From an uncultured Prevotellaceae bacterium (GTDB lineage: Bacteria; Bacteroidota; Bacteroidia; Bacteroidales; Bacteroidaceae), in NCBI GenBank assembly GCA_946411565.1, contig CAMKEM010000008.1:1160-65159 (forward strand): DNA of 64,000 nt, written 5' to 3'. Positions 19,215-29,082 of this stretch are shown here, in pieces. The stretch's first letter is position 1. The number at the start of each line of letters is the position of its first letter. Both the position numbers and the translations under genes were made by a program. Below the pieces are notes generated by a model. It saw only the letters and a list, made by a program, of their open reading frames with translations. It was not told the origin of the DNA and ran no database searches.

Positions 19215-20168
19215 ATGTTTATGAGCAAGACAAAACGAGTTAGAATCAGTAACGAAAGCCTGAACAGCTATGGTACGCGAGTACTGACCGCAGGAATGAA
19301 CGTGGATCAGTACAACCGCAATCCAGTATTGCTATACATGCATCAGCGCGGTCAGGTTATCGGTTGTGTTAAAGACCTCCGCGTGGAGGGTGACGAGGTG
19401 ACGGGCGAACTTGTGTTCGACGAAGCCACGGAACTGAGCCAACGCTGCAAGAAGCAATACGAGTTCGGCAGCCTTAAGATGGTTAGCGTTGGCATTGACA
19501 TCCTGGAACTGAGTGAAGACCCCAAGCTTCTGGTGCAAGGTCAGACAAGTCCGACCATTGCCAAGAGCAAGCTGTTCGAGGTATCGCTTGTGGATATCGG
19601 TGCGAATGACGATGCAATCGTACTGCAGAAGGACGGCAAGCGCATAGAGTTAGGCAAGGACGGCGGTGTAGAGTTACCGCTGCTGCATAATATTAACAAC
19701 AATCAAAAAACAAAAACAATGGATCAAGAGAAGTTAGCCCTTCAGTTGGGCTTGCCCAAGGATGCCGATGAAGCGACCATCACCGCTAAGCTGGCCAAGC
19801 TTCAGGCAGACAATGCAGAGGTAGAGACCCTGCGTCAGGAACGCGACACCCTTCGTGCCGCCCGTATCGAAACCCTCGTGAATGCTGCCATCGCCGAGAA
19901 GAAGATCGGTGAGGACAAGAAGCAGCAGTTCCTTGACCTCGGCAAGAAGGTTGGTGCTGAGGTGTTGAAGCAGACATTCGATGCAATGTCGCCACAGGTG
20001 AAGCTCAGTAGCCTCGTGTCTGGCGACGGAGCACCAGGTACAGGTCGTGTCGAGTACAAGAAACTGAGTGACGTGCCAACAGATAAGCTGGCAGAGCTCA
20101 AGGCGAGGAATCCTGCCCAGTACAAGAAACTGTATAAGGCAGAATACGGATTTGAATGTGAAATTTAG
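19215..20168 (+). CDS. Prohead protease with C-terminal scaffold (Mu I/Z-like)
   Basis: NPVLLYMH and LFEVSLVDIGAN; possible internal scaffold start MDQEKLAL after an A-rich tract. Confidence 0.85.
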   Translation: MFMSKTKRVRISNESLNSYGTRVLTAGMNVDQYNRNPVLLYMHQRGQVIGCVKDLRVEGDEVTGELVFDEATELSQRCKKQYEFGSLKMVSVGIDILELSEDPKLLVQGQTSPTIAKSKLFEVSLVDIGANDDAIVLQKDGKRIELGKDGGVELPLLHNINNNQKTKTMDQEKLALQLGLPKDADEATITAKLAKLQADNAEVETLRQERDTLRAARIETLVNAAIAEKKIGEDKKQQFLDLGKKVGAEVLKQTFDAMSPQVKLSSLVSGDGAPGTGRVEYKKLSDVPTDKLAELKARNPAQYKKLYKAEYGFECEI

Positions 20169-20197
20169 TGTTTAACCAACAAAAAGAGAAAAAGACA

Positions 20198-21271
20198 ATG
20201 ATTCGACTTTTAACAATGTTGATCGCGGTTCTGGTGAACTGCGTGATGGGTAGCACCTTTGCTGCCATGGTCGGCATTAACCCCGTAGTGGGTGCCGTCG
20301 GCCTGAATGTAGTTGCCGTCACTCTCGGCAATGTGTTCCCAGCCGGAAGCCTCCGTGCCGGAGTCTATACCGAGATCTGGACAGGTGAGCTTGTGAAGCA
20401 CCTTCGTCGTGGCCTTGAGGCTACATGGCTTGATGGTATCCCTGACAGTTCAAGCATCGTGAACAATGACGTGATCCACCTGGTGGAGGTAGGTGTTGAT
20501 CCTGACGTACTGATAAACAACACTACCTATCCTATTCCTCTCCAGGCACTTGATGACGCAGACATCGCCATCCAGCTTGACAAGTTCCAGACCAAGGTGA
20601 CACCTGTTACAGACGATGAGCTCTATGCTATCTCCTATGACAAGATGGCACGTGTGAAGGAAAGTCATGGTAATTCCATTAACGACGGTAAGTTCCAGAA
20701 GGCAGCTCATGCCCTATGTGCACAACAGAATAGTGCCACCACCCCTGTACTGGTTACTACTGGTGAGCGCGATGCGGACACTGGACGAATTAAGCTACGT
20801 ATGCAGGACATTATAAACTTGAAGCGTGCGCTTGACAAACTGAAGGTTCCTGCAACTGGTCGCCGTCTGGTATTGTGTACCGACCATGTAAACGACTTGC
20901 TGGAAACCGACCAGCGTTTCAAGGAGCAATACAACATTGATCGTGGAAACGGTACGGTTGGGCGTCAGTATGGCTTTGACATCTACGAGTTTGCGAACAA
21001 CCCGTTGTACACCACCGCAGGCGTGAAGAAAGCCGTAGGTGCATCAGCCTCTACTGGTGAGTTCCAGTGCTCATTTGCCTTCTTTGTTCAACGAGTGTTC
21101 AAGGCAACAGGCTCGACAAAGATGTATTACAGCGAAGCATCCACAGACCCTGAGTATCAGCGCAACAAGATCAACTTCCGTCACTACTTCATATGTTTGC
21201 CAAAGAAGACCGATGCTGGCGGTGTGATCAGAAGCGGATATCAGGCAAGCGCCGTAATTCCTGAAGGATAA
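20198..21271 (+). CDS. Major capsid protein
   Basis: Follows the protease; EIWTGEL and LDKLKVP..GRRLVL patterns; size fits. Confidence 0.8.
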   Translation: MIRLLTMLIAVLVNCVMGSTFAAMVGINPVVGAVGLNVVAVTLGNVFPAGSLRAGVYTEIWTGELVKHLRRGLEATWLDGIPDSSSIVNNDVIHLVEVGVDPDVLINNTTYPIPLQALDDADIAIQLDKFQTKVTPVTDDELYAISYDKMARVKESHGNSINDGKFQKAAHALCAQQNSATTPVLVTTGERDADTGRIKLRMQDIINLKRALDKLKVPATGRRLVLCTDHVNDLLETDQRFKEQYNIDRGNGTVGRQYGFDIYEFANNPLYTTAGVKKAVGASASTGEFQCSFAFFVQRVFKATGSTKMYYSEASTDPEYQRNKINFRHYFICLPKKTDAGGVIRSGYQASAVIPEG

Positions 21272-21296
21272 GTAAAACCCCATAAATTTGAAGAAA

Positions 21297-21581
21297 ATGA
21301 AACTTATAGTAAAGAGTATTTTCCGTGACAAGACAGATCATGTGACAGTCTATGAGCCTGACACCATTCTGGAAGTGAAGGACAAGGAGCGTGCCGCCGA
21401 CCTTATCAGTCGTGGGCTATGCGCTGAGTACAAAGGCAAGAAAGCCGCTGCCATAACACTTGGCGAAAAGGCTTCAGCCGAGGCAGAAGCAGGAAAAGCA
21501 GCCCCTGCGGAGAAAGCAGAGGAAGCACCTGCTGAAGCATCCACCGAAGGTACAACCTCAAAGACCGAGGAAGCGGAATGA
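21297..21581 (+). CDS. Hypothetical head-associated protein
   Basis: Position after capsid; Ala/Glu-rich tail. Confidence 0.65.
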   Translation: MKLIVKSIFRDKTDHVTVYEPDTILEVKDKERAADLISRGLCAEYKGKKAAAITLGEKASAEAEAGKAAPAEKAEEAPAEASTEGTTSKTEEAE

Positions 21582-22051
21582 GCAAGCCGATGAAATATCT
21601 TGTAATCCACTGCACCGCCACGAAAGCAGGTCGTGAGGTGAGTTCAGATGAGATCCGCCGCTGGCACACTGACCCGGTATGCAAGGGTGGTCGTGGCTGG
21701 AAGCAGGTGGGTTACACAGATATGATTCATCTGGACGGTCGTGTGGAAAGGCTTGTCAGGAACAACGAGGACGCAAATGTGGATCCGTGGGAGATTACCA
21801 ACGGTGCGAGTGGCTACAATGCCATCAGTCGGCATATAGTCTATGTTGGTGGTGTTGATGCCAATGATGCGAACAAGGCAAAAGACACACGTACACCTGC
21901 ACAGAAAGAAGCCCTGAAGCGCTATGTACGGGACTTCCACATGCGTTTCCCACAAGTGAAGATTATCGGCCACAATCAGCTGGCAAGCAAGGCTTGCCCG
22001 AGCTTCGATGTCCCTAAGTGGCTGAAGGAAATAGGAATCAACCAAAAATAA
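21578..22051 (+). CDS. Endolysin, N-acetylmuramoyl-L-alanine amidase (T7 lysozyme-like)
   Basis: LVIHCTAT, GW..VGY and IIGHNQL..KACPSFDV. Confidence 0.92.
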   Translation: MSKPMKYLVIHCTATKAGREVSSDEIRRWHTDPVCKGGRGWKQVGYTDMIHLDGRVERLVRNNEDANVDPWEITNGASGYNAISRHIVYVGGVDANDANKAKDTRTPAQKEALKRYVRDFHMRFPQVKIIGHNQLASKACPSFDVPKWLKEIGINQK

Positions 22052-22056
22052 GACAG

Positions 22057-22572
22057 ATGGAAATGCAACTCAGTGAAATCCTCAACGTGGTTCTCGGTGG
22101 CAGTCTTGTAGGTTCGCTCATCTCCATCATGACCATCCGCAGTGCCCTGAAGAAGGCTCGTGCGGAGGCAGAGAAGACAGTTGCCGAATCCGATACGGTG
22201 AAGATAACGAATACTGAGCAAGCCACCCGGATACTGGTTGAGAACATTGTAAAACCCTTAACAGAGGAACTGAATGAAACAAGAAAGGAAATTGGATCGA
22301 TCAAGCGTGAGGTTGCACGTCTGCGCAAGGCTATCGACAGTGCTAATAGTTGCCGCTACAACGCTGACTGCCCTGTGCTTGAGCGGATGCGCGTCACACC
22401 GAAGGAGCGTGACGGTTGCAACCAGAGAGCAGGTGCTTGGGTCGATACACGCAGACAGCGTGACCCACCTCACATTGGATACAGGAAGCGACTACACGGA
22501 AATAAGGACGGAACCGCTGAAAGTGCCGATGTCGGAGGTGAGCCTGACGATACCGGCGGACAGCCTCCATAG
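22057..22572 (+). CDS. Membrane-anchored coiled-coil lysis protein (holin or i-spanin-like)
   Basis: N-terminal TM, coiled coil, C...CP motif; follows the endolysin. Confidence 0.65.
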   Translation: MEMQLSEILNVVLGGSLVGSLISIMTIRSALKKARAEAEKTVAESDTVKITNTEQATRILVENIVKPLTEELNETRKEIGSIKREVARLRKAIDSANSCRYNADCPVLERMRVTPKERDGCNQRAGAWVDTRRQRDPPHIGYRKRLHGNKDGTAESADVGGEPDDTGGQPP

Positions 22573-22828
22573 GCTTCCGAACGGTGCTGGCTACAGTAAG
22601 CGTAGCGGGCGTGTAAGCGTGAAGGTGACGCGCAAGACCTCCACTCCGACTGGACCTGAATATATCTACGTATATGCCACCTGTGACAGTCTGCAACTCC
22701 TGTGTGAGCGCTATGAGCGTACTATCAAGAATATGCGCAGATTGTATGGCGTACAGTCAAATGGCAGCGAAATACGATGCTACGAATCCAGTCATGAGGA
22801 GAATGAGGTGAGTGAAACGCCTCCCTAA
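22274..22828 (+). CDS. Overlapping spanin-like lipoprotein; +1 frame continues to a TM helix ending at 22919
   Basis: Lipobox LSGC; 5' half overlaps the previous gene in another frame; YATCDSL motif. Confidence 0.65.
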   Translation: MKQERKLDRSSVRLHVCARLSTVLIVAATTLTALCLSGCASHRRSVTVATREQVLGSIHADSVTHLTLDTGSDYTEIRTEPLKVPMSEVSLTIPADSLHRLPNGAGYSKRSGRVSVKVTRKTSTPTGPEYIYVYATCDSLQLLCERYERTIKNMRRLYGVQSNGSEIRCYESSHEENEVSETPP

Positions 22829-22915
22829 CGGCATTGGAACGGCATTAAAATGGTATTTAATCGGACTTGTGTCCGGAATAATAGGAACAGTAATCATCTT
22901 AATAAAACGAAAGAA

Positions 22916-23416
22916 ATGAGCAGGAAATTTATCTACGGTATTGCAGTCGTGAAGTTCGGCAGCGATACTATCGGCTACATCGAGAAGGGCAGTTTCGACT
23001 GGGGCGGAACAAAGCCAGAGAGTACGGACATAGAAGCAGAGCAGGTGCCTGATGCTCCAGTACTCGTGTTGCAACAGAAAAACGGTCAGATCAGTCCTAC
23101 GTTCAACCTCATACAGTTGGACTATGAGAACCTTCAGCGTGTGCTCGGCGGTACTCTCGTTACCACAGGCGAGGGACAGAATGCGACGGTCACAGGCTGG
23201 AAAGCTCCTACAAGCCTCGTTGACCTTAACGGTGCGTGGACTATCGACTTCGCAAGCGGTCAGACGATGACCATCCCGAACGGAACCATCCTCGCGAACC
23301 TTGGCGGCAAGCTAACCTTGACGGAAGTGTCTAAGGTAGAGTGTCAGCTTAAGGTGATGAAACCGAGCGACGGTAGTGCACCATACGAGATCAACGATAC
23401 ACCATCTGAGGGCTAA
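22916..23416 (+). CDS. Major tail (tube) protein
   Basis: Position before chaperone and tape measure; beta-rich. Start moved to ATG 22916. Confidence 0.7.
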   Translation: MSRKFIYGIAVVKFGSDTIGYIEKGSFDWGGTKPESTDIEAEQVPDAPVLVLQQKNGQISPTFNLIQLDYENLQRVLGGTLVTTGEGQNATVTGWKAPTSLVDLNGAWTIDFASGQTMTIPNGTILANLGGKLTLTEVSKVECQLKVMKPSDGSAPYEINDTPSEG

Positions 23417-23895
23417 TGGATGCACGGGTTATAAGACAAATCCAAAGAGAGGGAGCGGAAGCATTACTGAATATGGGTGTTTCCCTCCCTCTTAAGGATT
23501 TCAGGGTACCTTTCAGAAAGGAACCTTTGCATCTGAGGCTGACGATGCACCGCCCGACGATGGCCTGTCAGATACAGATAGCGCGTACATGGCTTAGTGT
23601 GGGCATGACACTTGAGGAATTCGAGGGTCTTGACTATGACGGTCAGATGCGTTTCCTTGCCGAGCACGGCAGGAAACTGAGCCGGATGATCGCGCTGACG
23701 ATGCAGCATTGGTGGCTTCCTACCTGTGTACTGGCTTGGTTTATCCGGCACTATATGAAATGGGAGTATCAGAAGGGAGCGTTTGAGAAGTTTGTTACCC
23801 TCATGGGTACGGAGGCTTTTATGCCTATTATCAGATCAGCCGAGATAGCGAATCCGATGAAGCTGAGACTGAGCCAAGCAAAGAAGGGGAGTTAA
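23416..23895 (+). CDS. Tail assembly chaperone (lambda G analogue)
   Basis: Between tail tube and tape measure; followed by a -1 frame ORF lacking an early start. Confidence 0.75.
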   Translation: MDARVIRQIQREGAEALLNMGVSLPLKDFRVPFRKEPLHLRLTMHRPTMACQIQIARTWLSVGMTLEEFEGLDYDGQMRFLAEHGRKLSRMIALTMQHWWLPTCVLAWFIRHYMKWEYQKGAFEKFVTLMGTEAFMPIIRSAEIANPMKLRLSQAKKGS

Positions 23896-24131
23896 AGAGC
23901 CATTGGGAAGGTTCCCATAGCCCCTTTGGATTTATCTGGCAGATAGCGAGTGCGACAGGCTGGAGCGTGGAGTATATCCTTCACGGTGTGAACTACCAGA
24001 CGTTGATAATGATGATCAGCGATGCGCCTCGCTATATTGACAAGAAAAAGGAAAGCAAGAACGACAACAGGAGTGCAGAAGAAGAGGCGAACGATATAGT
24101 CGGCTTTTTCCGCAGTAATCTAAAACAATAG
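23889..24131 (+). CDS. Tail chaperone frameshift extension (lambda T analogue)
   Basis: -1 frame reads ELKSHWEGSHSPFGFIWQIASATGWSVEYIL...SNLKQ*; not in the ORF track. Confidence 0.7.
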   Translation, partial: ELKSHWEGSHSPFGFIWQIASATGWSVEYILHGVNYQTLIMMISDAPRYIDKKKESKNDNRSAEEEANDIVGFFRSNLKQ

Positions 24132-24138
24132 CCATTAT

Positions 24139-27100
24139 ATGAAACCAGTAGAGATTGAGATTCTGATGAAGGATAGATTGAGCAACGGTATTGACAAGAG
24201 CCGTGAAGGTCTCAATCAACTGCAGGATGCCTCTCGCAGTCTGACGGAAGTAATAGGTCAGATGGGAGAGGAAGGCGCACGTGCCTCCGACAAATACAAC
24301 GGTAAACTCAGCGATTTGCGTCAGGGTGTGGAGAAAATGTCCGCATCCCTTAAAGCTATGGGTGTGTCAGAAAAAGACGCAGCCGGTGTACTTATGAGGT
24401 CAAGTGAACAGAACGTGCAGTTCGTGGAGGCTCAGGTAACAAGGCTACGCGCTATGGAGGACACTCTACGCTCTGCTTTGGAAAATGGCAACACCGCCCT
24501 GGCAGAATCTACCAAGCAAGAGATGGAAACTGTAGAGACTTGGATAAACGAGGCTCTTGATTCCATCCAGAAAAATGCGGAACGGATACCAGCAATCGTC
24601 AAGAAATCCGCCTCTACTGCTCCTGCCGAGCATACAGAGAACATGAAGACGCAGCTCCGCACATTGACCTCTGAGATTGCGCGTGCTACGCTTGAATACC
24701 GCAACATGACTGATGCGGAAAGGAACTCAGCTGCAGGAATGGAACTGAAGCGCAAGCTGGAGGAAATGATTAAGAAAGCTGCTGAACTGCGTGATGCTAT
24801 GGATGACGTGAACCGTCAGGTTCGTGGTGAGGCATCAGACACAAGAACCTTTGATGCTCTTACGCAAGGCTTGAACGTAGTAACATCAACGGCAGGAGCT
24901 GCAACAAGTGCCCTTCAAATGTTTGGCGCAAGTCAGGAAGACCTCGTTGCCATCCAGACAAAACTACAGGCGACACTCGCCATCAGCAATGCGCTGACTG
25001 TTATCCAGAATAACCTCCAAAGAGAAAGTGCCCTGATGTCGGGAATACGCTCCATCAAGGAAAGTGCCCTTGCAACATCTATCGCTATAAAGACGGCAGC
25101 AGAAGGCAGAGGTGTCATAGTTACCAAACTTGCAACTGCTGCCCAAGCAGCTTTTAATGTTGTCGCCAAGGCTAATCCATACGTATTGCTTGGCGTGGCC
25201 ATACTGACCGTGGTTGGTGTACTCTTTGCATTTACCAAAGCTTCAAAAGAGGCAACCGAAGCAGAGAAACGTCAGCTCGAAGAAACAAAGCGTCTGAGAC
25301 AGCAACAGGAAGAAATGACCAATGCCCTTGGACGGGCTGCAGGAAATGTCGAAGCTAAGTACCGCTCCCTGCAGCAACAATGGAATCGTCTGAAGACCGA
25401 TAGCGAGAAGAACAAGTGGATAAAGGTAAACGCTGACAAGTTCCATGAATTAGGGCTGAAGGTAAGTTCTGTAAAAGATGCCGAACAGGTATTGGTGGAT
25501 ATGGCTCCACAGGTGATAACCGCTCTTAAAGCAGTTGCGGAGGCAGAGGCTTATAGCGACCTGTACAAGGATTCCATCAAGACTCGTGCAGAGAAGTGGG
25601 AGCATCGCATCAAGTCACGTGCTACTGGTGATTACTATGTGAGAGCATCTGAAGGCTCTTCAATATCAGAGAAAGAGAAGGAATATCTGAAAGGACTTGG
25701 ATTCCGGGACAACAAGCATGGTGGAGATGTGGACTACTCAGATCCATTGATTGGTGATGGTGCAGTCAAGTCACGCCGTGCTATTGATGCAATAAACGAA
25801 TATCGTAAGAAGAAAGCCAACGAAACCAAGCAAACGCTGGAATCAAAGTATAATGAAGAAGTCGATTTCTATGCTGACAAGTGGAAGGAAGCAGAACAGA
25901 AAGCTGCTGATGCACGTTCCCAGATTCCTGGCAGGTTACGTTACGATGAAAATGACAAGGACAGGCATAAGGAGGAGGAAAAACGTGCCGAGGCACTAAC
26001 CGAATTACAGGCTAAGAACCGTCAGGCAGAGATAGACCAGATGAAAGAGGGTGCAGAAAAGAAACGCGCTCAACTACGTCTGGACTATGAAAAAGATATT
26101 GCAGAACTCGCCAAACTTGAAAAAGAATGGCGGGCTGCCCAAAATGGCGAACTTACGAACGATCAGAAGGAAGCCCTTGCAGCATCAAGGAATCTTGCCA
26201 GGACAAAGCTTGAAGCCGGCGAGGCAGAGATAGCAAAAGAGGAAGCAGAACAGGAACGCAAGCATCGTAAGTCTGAGGCTCAGGCGATGGTTGAGTACCT
26301 GAAAGAGTACGGATCCTATCAGCAACAGAAACTGGCGATAGCCAAGGAGTATGCCCAGAAGATTGCAGATGTGGAAGCGTCAGAGGCAGACGAAGCCACC
26401 AAGCAATGGCAGAAGAAGAAACTGAACAAGGAGAGGCTTCAGAAGGAAGCGAGTCTTACCTTCGAGAACATCAGTCGTGGTATAGACTGGCACGCATTGT
26501 TTAGCGGTGTTGGTGATCTGACGAAGGAGATGATGTTACCGATGATGGAGCAGCTTCAGGCATTTGTGAAAACCGAAGACTACAGGAATGCAGATGCCGA
26601 TACTCAGGAGAAGGTGACGGAGCTGATCCATGAGATGCGCAAGTATGTTGGTACAGATCAGAGCGTGACATGGCAGAGCCTTGACCGAGCAATCAGGGAC
26701 TTCACCGCATCGGTAGCAGCCTACGATGCTGCTAAGAAGAAAGAGAATGCAGCTGTAAGTGCGCGTGATGAAGGCAGGAAGCGTCTGAATGCTGGTGAGA
26801 TTAACGATGAGGAATTCAAGGCTCTGGAAGCTCGTGCGATGGAACTTGGTGACGCTACCGCGAAAGCGCGAGAGGACATGGAAGCCTTCGGTGAGAGACT
26901 TAATCGCACGAGCGAGGAGGTTGCCAATTATCAGTCAGGATTGGCAGCAGCCTTAGAGAATGCGAAGGGATGGAAGGGTGTGCAAGGTTTCGATAGCGTG
27001 AATAACGCAGTGGGAAATGCCCAGGAACTGAAGGGCACGCTTGATTCTATCCTCCCAAAGATGGGTGATGGCATGGCAAAGACTATGGGGTCATCATTAA

Positions 27101-28584
27101 GTAGCACAATAGGTAGTGTATTGGGGAATCAGACCAGTGGTTTAGGCGGTATGCTGTCAAGTGGGCTTAGCAATATGATTGGCATCATAGCGCAGATTCC
27201 GAAGATGATCCTTGACCTTGCGAATGGCATCAAGAATTTCGTGACAGGAATACTGGATGCACTGACTGAGCTTATCAGTTTACGTTGGATAGATGACCTT
27301 GTGGTAAGCATCCTTGATGCGATAGGCGGTCTGATAGATGCAATCTTTGACCTTCCAGAGAATCTGTTCCACGTATTAGAGGCGATTATAGTGAATGGCA
27401 TAGGCGGTCTGATAGACGGAATATTGGGGCGCATAGGCAACATCCTTACGCTGGGAGCCCTGAGCAGCGGTGGCCCTTCAGAGTGGTTCACAAATTCGAA
27501 TGCAGAGGAAGTGGCGAAAGCTATTGACCGCCTGACGAAGCGCAATGAGTTGCTTGAACAGGCGATAGACGACCTGACCGATGAAATGAAGACGGCTCGC
27601 GGTGCATCGGCTATTGAAGCTTCGCAACGCGCTAAGGAGTTACAGGAAGAGGTCAATGCCAACTATAGGAACATAGCAAAAGAACAAGCTGGCTACCATA
27701 GTGCGCACAACAGCTTCAACTATTACTGGGATGGGTATAGCGATGAGCAGATAGCGCGTCTGAGCAAACAGATTGGCAGGGAATGGAACGGTGACCTGTG
27801 GAGTCTTAGTCCAGAGGAGATGAAGATGCTGCGTAGCAACGTGGATATGTGGAAGCAGATCCAGGACACAGGTAAGGGCAACTACGGCGGTCGTGTGGCA
27901 GAGAAACTGAACGACTATATCGAGCAGGCAGGCAAGCAGGAGGAAATCACGAACACGCTGTATGAGAACCTGACTACCACTACAAAGGACAATGTCTTTG
28001 ACGATTTCCTTAACTCCCTCTATGATCTTGCCGATGGCAGCGAGGAAGTGATGGATGACATAGCCGAGAACTGGCAGAAGATGGTAAACAAGATGGCGGT
28101 GAATAACCTTGTCGGTGCCAAGTTCGAGAAGGAGCTTGAAGGGTGGTATGAGAATCTTGCGAAGCTGAACGAGTCACGAACCAACGGCGAGATAACAGAT
28201 GAGGAGTACCGCAAGCGACTGGATGCCCTGAAAGCCGAGTACGAAGGCTATGTGGAGAATGCCAAGAAGGATATCGAGACACTACGAACCGAGGGTATTA
28301 TAAAGGAAACGGAGGAGAACAAGGGTACGACTCAGAGTGGCAAGGCTGGAGCATTCACCACGATGAGCCAGGATCAGGCAGGAAAGCTTGAGGGACTATT
28401 CGTGAGCGGTCAGATACATTGGGCAAGCCTTGACGACAAGATGACCGATGTTTCCGTTCAGATAGGAGCTGCAGGTGATACCCTGAAAAGGATCGAGGAG
28501 CATACAGGCAGCAGCGCCCTGAGTCTCGAAGAGATAAAGAATGACATCAAGATAATAAAACGTGACGGTCTAAAAGTAAAGTGA
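24139..28584 (+). CDS. Tape measure protein
   Basis: 1481 aa, helical and Ala-rich, ANPY motif, hydrophobic repeats. Confidence 0.9.
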   Translation: MKPVEIEILMKDRLSNGIDKSREGLNQLQDASRSLTEVIGQMGEEGARASDKYNGKLSDLRQGVEKMSASLKAMGVSEKDAAGVLMRSSEQNVQFVEAQVTRLRAMEDTLRSALENGNTALAESTKQEMETVETWINEALDSIQKNAERIPAIVKKSASTAPAEHTENMKTQLRTLTSEIARATLEYRNMTDAERNSAAGMELKRKLEEMIKKAAELRDAMDDVNRQVRGEASDTRTFDALTQGLNVVTSTAGAATSALQMFGASQEDLVAIQTKLQATLAISNALTVIQNNLQRESALMSGIRSIKESALATSIAIKTAAEGRGVIVTKLATAAQAAFNVVAKANPYVLLGVAILTVVGVLFAFTKASKEATEAEKRQLEETKRLRQQQEEMTNALGRAAGNVEAKYRSLQQQWNRLKTDSEKNKWIKVNADKFHELGLKVSSVKDAEQVLVDMAPQVITALKAVAEAEAYSDLYKDSIKTRAEKWEHRIKSRATGDYYVRASEGSSISEKEKEYLKGLGFRDNKHGGDVDYSDPLIGDGAVKSRRAIDAINEYRKKKANETKQTLESKYNEEVDFYADKWKEAEQKAADARSQIPGRLRYDENDKDRHKEEEKRAEALTELQAKNRQAEIDQMKEGAEKKRAQLRLDYEKDIAELAKLEKEWRAAQNGELTNDQKEALAASRNLARTKLEAGEAEIAKEEAEQERKHRKSEAQAMVEYLKEYGSYQQQKLAIAKEYAQKIADVEASEADEATKQWQKKKLNKERLQKEASLTFENISRGIDWHALFSGVGDLTKEMMLPMMEQLQAFVKTEDYRNADADTQEKVTELIHEMRKYVGTDQSVTWQSLDRAIRDFTASVAAYDAAKKKENAAVSARDEGRKRLNAGEINDEEFKALEARAMELGDATAKAREDMEAFGERLNRTSEEVANYQSGLAAALENAKGWKGVQGFDSVNNAVGNAQELKGTLDSILPKMGDGMAKTMGSSLSSTIGSVLGNQTSGLGGMLSSGLSNMIGIIAQIPKMILDLANGIKNFVTGILDALTELISLRWIDDLVVSILDAIGGLIDAIFDLPENLFHVLEAIIVNGIGGLIDGILGRIGNILTLGALSSGGPSEWFTNSNAEEVAKAIDRLTKRNELLEQAIDDLTDEMKTARGASAIEASQRAKELQEEVNANYRNIAKEQAGYHSAHNSFNYYWDGYSDEQIARLSKQIGREWNGDLWSLSPEEMKMLRSNVDMWKQIQDTGKGNYGGRVAEKLNDYIEQAGKQEEITNTLYENLTTTTKDNVFDDFLNSLYDLADGSEEVMDDIAENWQKMVNKMAVNNLVGAKFEKELEGWYENLAKLNESRTNGEITDEEYRKRLDALKAEYEGYVENAKKDIETLRTEGIIKETEENKGTTQSGKAGAFTTMSQDQAGKLEGLFVSGQIHWASLDDKMTDVSVQIGAAGDTLKRIEEHTGSSALSLEEIKNDIKIIKRDGLKVK

Positions 28585-28585
28585 C

Positions 28586-29059
28586 ATGGCACAGCAAGGA
28601 CATATACTAAACGGATTGGTACTGATTAACGGTACTGACATCTGGCAGAGATACGGAGTATTCCTGACAGAGGAGCGTCAGGGCGGTCGTGAGAACCTGA
28701 CCGCCATCATGACAGCGAGCAAGGTGAAAGACCATGTTGGGGTGGATATCAGGGAGCAGAACGGCAAGCGATATTCGCAGAGCCTCGTAGTGAGAAATCA
28801 GGAGCGTGACGTTACGCTCCACTTCGCTCAGTATGCACCGACAAAATCCGACTGGCTTCAGAACTATATGGATTTCATCCAGTTCCTGAAGACGGGTAAC
28901 AACGGCTGGCTGAACATAGAGTTCACGGAACTGAGCCTTATGCTTCGTGTGTTCTATGTAGAGAGCACTGCATACCGTCCCCTTACGTATCTTTGGAAAG
29001 AGGGCGTACAGGCAAGCCGTTACAAGGTGAAGTTCCGTGAGCCAAACCCGATAATATAA
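28586..29059 (+). CDS. Distal tail (Dit-like) protein
   Basis: Directly after the tape measure; INGTDIW..YG and FREPNP. Confidence 0.7.
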   Translation: MAQQGHILNGLVLINGTDIWQRYGVFLTEERQGGRENLTAIMTASKVKDHVGVDIREQNGKRYSQSLVVRNQERDVTLHFAQYAPTKSDWLQNYMDFIQFLKTGNNGWLNIEFTELSLMLRVFYVESTAYRPLTYLWKEGVQASRYKVKFREPNPII

Positions 29060-29082
29060 TGACATTATAAAACCATTAGAAT

